A stretch of DNA of 64,000 bases from Rickettsiales bacterium (GTDB lineage: Bacteria > Pseudomonadota > Alphaproteobacteria > Rickettsiales > UBA998). A model generated the notes under the pieces. The model worked only from the letters and a program-made list of their open reading frames with translations. It was not told the DNA's origin and did no database searches. A program made the position numbers and the translations under genes. Position 1 is the first letter of the stretch; the number at the start of each line of letters is the position of its first letter. Location: assembly GCA_041749475.1 (NCBI GenBank), contig JBGTBD010000002.1, positions 48,417 to 112,416 on the forward strand, given 5' to 3'. Shown here one piece after another: positions 56,779-64,000 of the stretch.

Positions 56779-58127
56779 GCGACCTTGCGCGCTTTTCCGA
56801 CCGCGCCGTATTGATAGACCGTTTCCCCGGCGACGATGGTGCGGATGGCGCGGCCTTTGAAATCATTGCCCTGGAAGGGAGAGTTCTTCGATTTGCTGGC
56901 AAGGTCGTCGATGTTCAGTTTCCATTCCATTCCGAGGTCGATCAGCGTTAGGTCGGCAACCGCGCCTTTTTTGATGCGCCCGGCATTCACATGGATGATG
57001 TCGGCGGGTTTATACGTCATCGCGGCGAAGATATCCTTCAGGGTCATCTTTTTTTGGTGATAGAGATTGAGTGAGAGCGGCAACATGGTTTCCAAGCCGA
57101 CGATGCCGAAGGCAGCGTTGGCGAGGGGGACGCGTTTGCTTTCATGGTCATGCGGTGCATGGTCGGTGGCGATGGCATCGATGGTGCCGTCCATCAATCC
57201 TTCGATGACGGCCAATCGGTCGCGCTCGGCGCGCAGAGGCGGATTCATCTTGCTGTAGGTGCGGTATTCGAGGACCGCTTCGTCCGTCAATGTGAAGTGA
57301 TGCGGCGCGGCTTCGCAGGTAACCTTTAGGCCTTTTTTCTTCGCGCGGCGCACAGCGTCGATGGCTTCAGCGGTGGAGATATGGAGGACGTGGTATTGCC
57401 CGCCCGTCAATTCCGCCAGCAAAATATCGCGTTCGACCATCACCGCTTCGGCGGCATTGGGGATACCCTTTACGCCAAGCTTGGTGGAGATCGCGCCTTC
57501 GTTCATGCAGCCTCCGGCGGAGAGGTGGAGGTCTTCCGCATGCTGCGCGACGGGGACGCCGAGTTCGCGCGCGTAGGATAATGCAGAGCGCATCACGCCC
57601 GCGTTCATCACCGGCAGACCGTCATCGGTGAAACCGACTGCGCCCGCTTCTTTCAGCAAGCCCATCTCGGTGATCTGTTCGCCCTTCATGCCTTTAGAGA
57701 TGCACGCGTATGTGCGCACGTGGCAGTAGGCCGTTTCGGCCGCGCGTTTATGGATGAAATCGACGATGGAGACTTCGTCAATGACGGGAGAGGTATTCGG
57801 CATACAGGCGACGAGGGTGATGCCGCCGCTGGCCGCGGCCTTGCTTCCCGTTTCGATGGTCTCTTTATATTCCTGTCCTGGTTCGCGGAAATGGACCTGG
57901 ATGTCGAGCAGCCCCGGCGTCAGTAAATGGCCGCCGCAATCGATGATCTCTGCACCGGATACGGAATCCATCAGCGATGGGCCGACATCAGCAATCTTAT
58001 CCCCCACCACCAGCAATTCGCCCTTGATGTCCAATCCCGATTCCGGATCGAGAATACGCGCGTTGGTGTAGAGGGTCTTGTCCTCGTTCGTACGTTTGCG
58101 GATGGGTTTGGTGAAGGTCTGGTTCAT
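56775..58127 (-). CDS. pyrC: Dihydroorotase (long, allantoinase-like type)
   Basis: It starts at [11 protein letters not shown]... (ATG at 58127, ATGA overlap with the pyrB stop). Motifs [10 protein letters not shown] and ATDHAPH are present. The track's 542-aa version carries an Arg/Pro-rich extension overlapping pyrB, which I regard as spurious. Confidence 0.9.
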   Translation of the reverse strand: MNQTFTKPIRKRTNEDKTLYTNARILDPESGLDIKGELLVVGDKIADVGPSLMDSVSGAEIIDCGGHLLTPGLLDIQVHFREPGQEYKETIETGSKAAASGGITLVACMPNTSPVIDEVSIVDFIHKRAAETAYCHVRTYACISKGMKGEQITEMGLLKEAGAVGFTDDGLPVMNAGVMRSALSYARELGVPVAQHAEDLHLSAGGCMNEGAISTKLGVKGIPNAAEAVMVERDILLAELTGGQYHVLHISTAEAIDAVRRAKKKGLKVTCEAAPHHFTLTDEAVLEYRTYSKMNPPLRAERDRLAVIEGLMDGTIDAIATDHAPHDHESKRVPLANAAFGIVGLETMLPLSLNLYHQKKMTLKDIFAAMTYKPADIIHVNAGRIKKGAVADLTLIDLGMEWKLNIDDLASKSKNSPFQGNDFKGRAIRTIVAGETVYQYGAVGKARKVA

Positions 58128-59128
58128 GATGTTTCTCCCAGCAATTCGAGGACGGCCTGACGGACGGCGACGCCCATTTCTACTTGTTCCAGGATGACGC
58201 TGCGGTCGATGTCGTCGGCGATCTCGGTGGCGATCTCTACGCCGCGGTTGATGGGGCCGGGGTGCATGACGAGGGCGTCGGGTTTGGCGTAGGAAAGTTT
58301 CTCCGCGTCCAACCCGTAGAAGTGGAAATATTCGCGGATGGAGGGGAAGAAGTTGCCTTGCATCCGTTCGGTCTGCAGGCGCAGCATCATGATGATGTCG
58401 CAATCTTTGATACCCTCGCGCATATTGAAGCTAACGTTCGCGCCGAGTGTTTCGGCTTGCGCGGGCATCAGTGTGGCGGGGCCGACGATAGTGACGTCCG
58501 CGCCCATCGTCTTCAGCAGCAGGATATTGGAGCGGGCGACGCGGCTATGGAGGATGTCGCCGCAGATGGCGACTTTGAGTCCGGCGATTTTCCCGCGTTC
58601 GCGACGGATGGTCAGCGCGTCGAGCAATGCTTGTGTCGGGTGTTCATGCGCGCCGTCGCCCGCGTTGATGACGGAGCATTTCACTTTTTCGGCCAATAAT
58701 TGCACGGCGCCGGATTCCGGGTGGCGGACGGCGATGAAGTCGGGGTGCATCGCGTTCAGCGTCATCGCGGTGTCAATCAGCGTTTCGCCTTTTTTTACCG
58801 AAGAGGCTTGCACGGACATGTTGATGACATCCATGCCGAGGCGTTTCCCGGCGAGTTCAAAACTGGTGCGGGTGCGGGTGGAATTCTCGAAGAATAAATT
58901 GATGAGGGTCTGGCCGCGGAGGACGGGGTGTTTCTTGTCCTTGCTCTGGTTGCGGCGGACATGTTCCTCGGCGCGGTCGAGAAAGCGGGTAATTTCCTGA
59001 GCCGAAAGCCCCTCGATACCCAGTAGGTGGCGGGCATTATATTTCGGAGCGGGAAGGGCCAAGAGGTCGCCGGACGCGCTGCGTCTTCGGCTACGGCGAA
59101 AGAAGTTCAGATTCGCGAGGCTCACCAT
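58124..59128 (-). CDS. pyrB: Aspartate carbamoyltransferase catalytic subunit
   Basis: 334 aa with [19 protein letters not shown] and HPGP motifs. The true start may be a little downstream. Confidence 0.95.
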   Translation of the reverse strand: MVSLANLNFFRRSRRRSASGDLLALPAPKYNARHLLGIEGLSAQEITRFLDRAEEHVRRNQSKDKKHPVLRGQTLINLFFENSTRTRTSFELAGKRLGMDVINMSVQASSVKKGETLIDTAMTLNAMHPDFIAVRHPESGAVQLLAEKVKCSVINAGDGAHEHPTQALLDALTIRRERGKIAGLKVAICGDILHSRVARSNILLLKTMGADVTIVGPATLMPAQAETLGANVSFNMREGIKDCDIIMMLRLQTERMQGNFFPSIREYFHFYGLDAEKLSYAKPDALVMHPGPINRGVEIATEIADDIDRSVILEQVEMGVAVRQAVLELLGETS

Positions 59129-59274
59129 GTCCTGCCCGTCCTATCTAATTTTGGTGACAAAATACAGTAAAACATGACGCCCTGCATGTAAAATCCGCGC
59201 CTGCGTGACAAGAGGGGGGTTTTTGGCTATACAGGGGGCGCTAAGCTGGTATGGTCACGCAGAAGGAAATATCT

Positions 59275-60237
59275 ATGAAACGCCCTGTCCCCGTCTTGTT
59301 GTTCACCACCGCTATGATTCTCAGCCTATCGGCGTGCGATAGTATACTGAAACGCCCCAGCCGGGTGGACGGCAAGCTGGTGCTGAACGGGCTGGAAAGC
59401 CCGGATATCGACGGCGTCAGCGCGACGATGCTCAAAAGCGCCAAAGAAGCCGAAGACGCTGGCGACTATCGCCGCGCTTCGCAAATCTACCGCCAGTTGA
59501 TGGATAGCGAGCAGAAGGAGGACGATGCGACCTTTGTGATCGGGTACGCCGAGAACCTGCGTCGCTCGGGCGAGACCGATAAGGCGCTCAATGCCTATGA
59601 CAATGCCCTGATACTCGAACCTTCTTCCATCGAGGCGAAAGAAGGCCGTGGTCTGGCGCTCATGGATAAGGGCGAATTCGACAAGGCGGGGGATATGTTC
59701 TCTCAGGTGATGAAAAAAGACGCTAAGCGGTGGAAGACGCTGAACGCGCTGGGGCTATTGTTCGTTATCAAGAACATGAATGACGAGGGGCAGGCCTATT
59801 TCGCGGAATCGCTGAGACATAGCGCCAATAATGCGTCCATCCTCAATAATATCGGACTGACTTACGCGATTCAGGGGAAAACGCCGGAAGCCGTGCAGAC
59901 CTTGCAGAAGGCAGGGGAATTGGCGGGGACGCCGCGTGTGTCACAGCATGTGGATATGAACCTTGCGCTGGTCTATGCCGTGTCGGGCGATCTGCCTAAT
60001 GCGCAACGCATCGCTTCAAAATATCTCAAAGGCGCGGCGCTTGATAATAACATGGGCTTCTATGCGCATCTGGCGAATGACGATGCGCTGGCGAAAAGCT
60101 ACCTGAACATGGCGCTCACCCGTAGCCCACAATATTACCAGCGCGCGTGGGATAATCTGAAGGACATCGAGAAAACCAGCAGGGGCAGTTCCGTCAGCCC
60201 ACGTACGGGCAGTGCTGGCAAAAACGTCCTGCGCTAG
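59275..60237 (+). CDS. TPR-repeat lipoprotein
   Basis: It begins MKRPVPVLLFTTAMILSLSAC with a lipobox (LSAC), followed by several TPR-like repeats (AL.AYDNAL.L.P..., LNNIGLTYAIQGK). The architecture resembles PilF/PilW/TadD-type lipoproteins but is not diagnostic. Confidence 0.7.
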   Translation: MKRPVPVLLFTTAMILSLSACDSILKRPSRVDGKLVLNGLESPDIDGVSATMLKSAKEAEDAGDYRRASQIYRQLMDSEQKEDDATFVIGYAENLRRSGETDKALNAYDNALILEPSSIEAKEGRGLALMDKGEFDKAGDMFSQVMKKDAKRWKTLNALGLLFVIKNMNDEGQAYFAESLRHSANNASILNNIGLTYAIQGKTPEAVQTLQKAGELAGTPRVSQHVDMNLALVYAVSGDLPNAQRIASKYLKGAALDNNMGFYAHLANDDALAKSYLNMALTRSPQYYQRAWDNLKDIEKTSRGSSVSPRTGSAGKNVLR

Positions 60238-61010
60238 TTCTTCTTGCGATGAATCTGCATCGGGATACCCGGTGCTTGGGCGACAGGCATCACCTCAATA
60301 CGGTTGATGTTCACATGCGCGGGTAGCGTGAGACTCCAGACGATACATTCGGCGATATCCGCTTCGGTGAGAGGCTCGAACCCATCATAGACGGAATCGG
60401 CTTTCTGCTGGTCGCCATGCAGGCGGACGACGGAGAATTCGGTTTCGGCTGAGCCGGGTTCAAGGTTGGTGACGCGGATGGGCGTGCCGAGCAAATCGAT
60501 GCGGAGGCCAAGTGAGAATTGTTTCACGAAAGCTTTCGTGCCGCCGTAGGTATTGCTGCCGGGATAGGGGTAGTTGCCGGACATAGAGCCGACATTGACG
60601 ATATGGCCTGTGTTGCGCGCGATCATCCCCGGCAGGATGGCGCGGGTGACGTAGAGCAGGCCTTTGATGTTGGTATCGACCATAGTCTCCCAATCCGACA
60701 GCAGCGCGTCCTGCGCGGGATTTGCGCCGAGGGCGAGGCCTGCATTGTTGATGAGGATGTCGATGTCGCTCCATTCGGGTGGCAGCGAGGCGAGGGCGGT
60801 GTCGATATCGTCTTTATTGCGTACATCGAAATTCAGAGCATGGCAGTGTGTTGCGCCCAACTCCTTGACCAACTCATCCAACCGTTCCTGACGGCGTCCG
60901 GTGATGATGACGCGCGCGCCTTCACTCACACACCGCCGCGCTGTGCCGCGCCCGAAGCCCGATGTGGCGCCGGTAATGAGGATGGTTTTATTTCTGAGAG
61001 TTGAATTCAC
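60234..61010 (-). CDS. Short-chain dehydrogenase/reductase (YdfG-like)
   Basis: 258 aa with TGATSGFG, NNAG and Y...K motifs. Confidence 0.9.
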   Translation of the reverse strand: MNSTLRNKTILITGATSGFGRGTARRCVSEGARVIITGRRQERLDELVKELGATHCHALNFDVRNKDDIDTALASLPPEWSDIDILINNAGLALGANPAQDALLSDWETMVDTNIKGLLYVTRAILPGMIARNTGHIVNVGSMSGNYPYPGSNTYGGTKAFVKQFSLGLRIDLLGTPIRVTNLEPGSAETEFSVVRLHGDQQKADSVYDGFEPLTEADIAECIVWSLTLPAHVNINRIEVMPVAQAPGIPMQIHRKKN

Positions 61011-61506
61011 GTTGTTGTTCCTTTGTAAAAAAATTGCAACGATCCGTATTCCATGAAAACATTCTCATGCTAATAAACATCGTGCCAAATTCCTCTAAAT
61101 GCCGTCGGTCTTTCTTTTTGAGTTTTCTATTTAAAAAGTCAACGTAATGAACGTAATTCTGGGCGATATCACGCTCAAAATTTGGCCATTCTTTTATATC
61201 GAATGCAAAGCACTTCATGTCATTTTTAAAGTTCTTTAAAATACTTTGGTATGTTTCATGGCCTTTGTCATATTGAGGTGTAATGGGTATTTTATGAATA
61301 GCTAGTTGCTGAGCGAGTGCTGTAGTCTGAATTATTCCTGCACAATAACTTTGCAAGAATTCTTTGTCTGGATGCTTCAGGGCCTCGCGGCAATTATCGG
61401 CAAGTTCTAATACATTGAGATAAGGTTTTTTCTGCTCCGCATTAGTAGCGTGGGAAATAGATAGGGCGCATAGCGCAAAAAGAATTTTAAAATGAAAATT
61501 TGGCAT
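60988..61506 (-). CDS. Hypothetical secreted Cys-containing protein
   Basis: 172 aa with a signal peptide (ILFALCALSISHATNA). The gene is AT-rich, and its 3' end overlaps the SDR start by 23 nt. The motif LELADNC...YCAGII is weakly reminiscent of Rap1a/Tai4-type periplasmic immunity proteins (low confidence). Confidence 0.45.
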   Translation of the reverse strand: MPNFHFKILFALCALSISHATNAEQKKPYLNVLELADNCREALKHPDKEFLQSYCAGIIQTTALAQQLAIHKIPITPQYDKGHETYQSILKNFKNDMKCFAFDIKEWPNFERDIAQNYVHYVDFLNRKLKKKDRRHLEEFGTMFISMRMFSWNTDRCNFFTKEQQREFNSQK

Positions 61507-61521
61507 CTTGTTATCCTATCC

Positions 61522-61549
61522 GTGTCATTCCCGCTTTCGCGGGAATGAC
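61522..61549. repeat. Palindromic element, family A (single-hairpin short form)
   Basis: GTGTCATTCCCGCTTTCGCGGGAATGACAT. Confidence 0.75.
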
Positions 61550-61564
61550 ATGCGGGTGGTTTGC

Positions 61565-62386
61565 TTATTTCTCTTCCAGCGCTTTCGCTTCCTGCCAGAG
61601 TGCATCGAGTGCGTCGAGGGACTGGTCGTCCATCGACTTGCCTTCTTTTTTTAAAGCCTCTTCGATGAAGCGGAAGCGGCGTTCGAATTTGCGGTTGGCG
61701 TCGCGGAGTGCCTCTTCGGGTTTCACGTTGCAATGGCGGGCGAGGTTGGCGCAGACGAAGAGGAGGTCGCCCAGCTCTTCATGGATATTCTCCTCATCCT
61801 GGGCGGCGATGGCTTCTTTCAGTTCCACCATTTCTTCCTGCAGTTTATTGAAGACGGGGATCACGTCCGGCCAGTCAAACCCGACCGTCGCCGCACGTTT
61901 TTGTAATTTGGATGCACGAAGCAATGCGGGGAAGGCGTGGGGGACATCGTCCAGCAAGCCTTCTTGCGATTTGGCTTTGCGTTCTTCTTTTTTCAGTTTC
62001 TCCCAGTTCACGGTCTGGGCGTCGGCGGTCTTGATCGTCGCGTTGCCGAAGACGTGCGGATGACGGTCGACCATTTTCTCGGATTGGATTTTCGCGACGT
62101 CCTCAAAGGTAAACCAGCCGCGCTCCTCGGCCATCTGGGTGTAGAAGACGACCTGAAACAGCAAATCACCCAGTTCGGCCTTCAGCATATCCCAGTCTTC
62201 CAGCGCGATGGCCTCGGCCACTTCGTAGGCTTCCTCGATGGTATACGGAACAATGGTCTTAAAATCCTGTTCCACGTCCCACGGGCAGCCGTTCCGGGGG
62301 TCGCGCAGTTGGGCCATGATGTCCAACAGCCGAGCAGTCTCGGGAAGGGTGGGGTCGATTTCTTTGCGGCGCTTGACTTGCGTCAT
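61565..62386 (-). CDS. mazG: Nucleoside triphosphate pyrophosphohydrolase MazG
   Basis: It begins MTQVKRRKEIDPTL...LRDPRNGCPWD and has tandem MazG domains with EELGDLLF motifs. I start at the ATG at 62386 because the track start lies inside the ccmC upstream region. Confidence 0.9.
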   Translation of the reverse strand: MTQVKRRKEIDPTLPETARLLDIMAQLRDPRNGCPWDVEQDFKTIVPYTIEEAYEVAEAIALEDWDMLKAELGDLLFQVVFYTQMAEERGWFTFEDVAKIQSEKMVDRHPHVFGNATIKTADAQTVNWEKLKKEERKAKSQEGLLDDVPHAFPALLRASKLQKRAATVGFDWPDVIPVFNKLQEEMVELKEAIAAQDEENIHEELGDLLFVCANLARHCNVKPEEALRDANRKFERRFRFIEEALKKEGKSMDDQSLDALDALWQEAKALEEK

Positions 62387-62423
62387 GATGTGGCATCCTC
62401 TACTGTTCGAAAACACATAACCT

Positions 62424-63146
62424 ATGCTGACACAATACGCAAACCCCACCCGCTTCCTCCAGCTTGCCGACCGGCTCCAGCCGTGGTGCAACGTGGCGTG
62501 TGCTACGTTGTTTGCTGCGGGGCTGTATCTCGCCTTCCTCGCCTCCCCGCCGGATTACCAGCAGGGTATCACCGTGCGGATCATGTATGTCCATGTCCCG
62601 GCGGCGTGGATGGCGCTGTTTATCTATAGCACCATGGCGATTTCGTCGTTCGTATTCCTCGTCTGGAAACATGCGATGGCGGATATATGGGCGCGGGCGA
62701 GTTGCTCCATCGGGCTTTGGATGGCGCTGCTGACGCTGGTCACCGGCTCGCTATGGGGAAAACCCATGTGGGGCACATGGTGGGAATGGGATGCGCGGAT
62801 GACTTCCATGCTCATCCTCTTTTTCCTATATGTCGGCTATTCCCTGCTGGCGCGGGACGCGGACCATGATCAGGGCCAGCAGAAGACCTGCGCGGTGATG
62901 GCGCTCATCGGGGCGATCAATATCCCCATCATCAAATTCTCGGTCGATTGGTGGAATACGCTGCACCAAGGGGCGAGCGTGTTCCGGCTTGATGGGCCGA
63001 CGATCGCTGCGCCTATGCTGTGGCCGCTGCTCATCATGGCGCTGGCCTTCACTTTTTTCTATATCTGCGTTGTGTTTTACCAGATTCGCATTATAGTGGC
63101 GCGCGCGCGGATTTTGCGTTTGAAGAGCCGCCAACTGGCTGAATAA
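62424..63146 (+). CDS. ccmC: Heme exporter protein C (cytochrome c maturation)
   Basis: 240 aa with the WWD motif WGKPMWGTWWEWDARMTS and conserved His residues. Confidence 0.95.
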   Translation: MLTQYANPTRFLQLADRLQPWCNVACATLFAAGLYLAFLASPPDYQQGITVRIMYVHVPAAWMALFIYSTMAISSFVFLVWKHAMADIWARASCSIGLWMALLTLVTGSLWGKPMWGTWWEWDARMTSMLILFFLYVGYSLLARDADHDQGQQKTCAVMALIGAINIPIIKFSVDWWNTLHQGASVFRLDGPTIAAPMLWPLLIMALAFTFFYICVVFYQIRIIVARARILRLKSRQLAE

Positions 63147-63159
63147 CATATAATTTATT

Positions 63160-63228
63160 GTCACCCCGTCATATGACGGGGTCTGGTCTTGACCTTTTGA
63201 CCGGATGCCGTCATGAAGACGGCATGAC
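63160..63228. repeat. Double-hairpin palindromic element, family E (possible ccmC terminator)
   Basis: GTCACCCCGTCATATGACGGGGTCTGG...CCGGATGCCGTCATGAAGACGGCATGAC. It begins 13 nt after the ccmC stop. Confidence 0.6.
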
Positions 63229-63247
63229 ATTGTGAGGTGAGGAAAGC

Positions 63248-63583
63248 ATGACGTTCGTTGTCACTGATGCGTGTGTACGCTGTAAATACATGGATTGCAT
63301 AGAAGTCTGCCCCGTGGACTGCTTCTATGAGGGCGAGAACATGCTGGCGATCCATCCGGATGAATGTATCGATTGCGGTGTGTGTGAGCCTGAATGCCCG
63401 GTGGAAGCCATTGTCCCGGAAACGGACGAATTGCTGAAATGGGTCGAGATCAACCGCGAATATGCGCAGATCTGGCCCAATATTACCAAGAAGAAAGAGC
63501 CTCCCGCCGATGCGGATGCGTTCAAGGACGTGAAGAACAAGTTCAAGACGCTGTTCAGCCCCAACCCCGGCACGGGCGACTAG
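63248..63583 (+). CDS. fdxA: 7Fe ferredoxin ([3Fe-4S][4Fe-4S])
   Basis: 111 aa beginning [29 protein letters not shown]...[12 protein letters not shown]. Confidence 0.95.
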   Translation: MTFVVTDACVRCKYMDCIEVCPVDCFYEGENMLAIHPDECIDCGVCEPECPVEAIVPETDELLKWVEINREYAQIWPNITKKKEPPADADAFKDVKNKFKTLFSPNPGTGD

Positions 63584-63584
63584 C

Positions 63585-64000
63585 ATGTCCGCCTTCTCGG
63601 TGCGGGAGGCGGTGATTGCCGATATCCCATTGATTTTGAGCTTTATCCGCAAGCTGGCGGAGTATGAGAAGCTGGCCGCTGATGTGGTCGCGACGGAGGA
63701 GATGTTGCGCCAACAGCTCTTTGGTGATTCCCCGAAAGCACATGTCGTTTTTGCTGTTGTAGAGGGGGTGGAAGTCGGGTTCGCGCTTTATTTCTATAAT
63801 TTCTCGACGTTTCTGGGGCGCGCGGGGCTTTATGTCGAGGATATTTTCGTCGATGAAGCCCATCGCGGAAAGGGTATCGGAAAAGGGCTCTACGGACACC
63901 TTGCCGCGAAGGCCGTAGGGGAGGGGTGTGGACGCATGGAATGGTGGGTATTAAATTGGAATACACCCTCTATTGCGTTCTATGAGGGTATCGGGGCGAG
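63585..64000 (+). CDS. GNAT-family N-acetyltransferase; 3' end runs off the window
   Basis: My own translation from the ATG at 63585 gives MSAFSVREAVIADIPLILSFIRKLAEYEKL...VDEAHRGKGIGKGL... (acetyl-CoA motif). The frame is open to the window end. Confidence 0.85.
   Translation, partial: MSAFSVREAVIADIPLILSFIRKLAEYEKLAADVVATEEMLRQQLFGDSPKAHVVFAVVEGVEVGFALYFYNFSTFLGRAGLYVEDIFVDEAHRGKGIGKGLYGHLAAKAVGEGCGRMEWWVLNWNTPSIAFYEGIGA

Overview
This is a gene-dense 64-kb chromosomal window, most likely from an alphaproteobacterium. The taxon is inferred from gene content only, since no database search was possible. Supporting content: rpsT-rhodanese-dnaA-dnaN-recF-gyrB, SRP RNA-dnaX-ybaB, ubiE-ubiB, ccmC, a DUF1150 protein, an Nfu-type NifU, ftsK-lolA, and a Rickettsia/archaeal-style ValRS. 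About 45 ORFs are recognisable housekeeping genes: glmU, rmuC, recR, ilvD, xthA, cysK, dut, coaBC, mutM, valS, pyrB-pyrC-pyrF, mazG, fdxA and others. I found one tRNA-Leu(UAG) and one SRP (4.5S) RNA by eye. I saw no rRNA, CRISPR array, integrase or transposase. Intergenic regions carry at least 15 copies of about 5 families of small palindromic MITE/REP/RPE-like elements. These generate several spurious ORFs in the supplied track ('IPAFAGMT'-type peptides). One copy lies in frame inside valS. The stand-out region is an ~11-kb accessory block (43.7-55.0 kb) between valS and tRNA-Leu. It holds four genes with canonical prepilin (class III) signal peptides that share a ~230-aa cysteine-paired domain. 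Three of them are fused to RCC1-type beta-propeller repeats (7, 7 and 21 blades). A divergently transcribed secreted parallel-beta-helix protein sits among them, and Ser-rich linkers recur, one encoded by a 24-bp tandem repeat. No pilus or T2SS assembly genes lie in the window. I propose this block as a candidate, possibly undescribed, 'propeller-displaying modular pilin' surface system. Secondary oddities are an orphan flgC-like gene, an AlgX/AlgF/Sel1 polysaccharide O-acetylation trio without a visible MBOAT partner, an RNB ribonuclease with a long C-terminal extension, and dnaA overlapping an upstream rhodanese gene. All GC-content remarks are by-eye impressions, not computed values.
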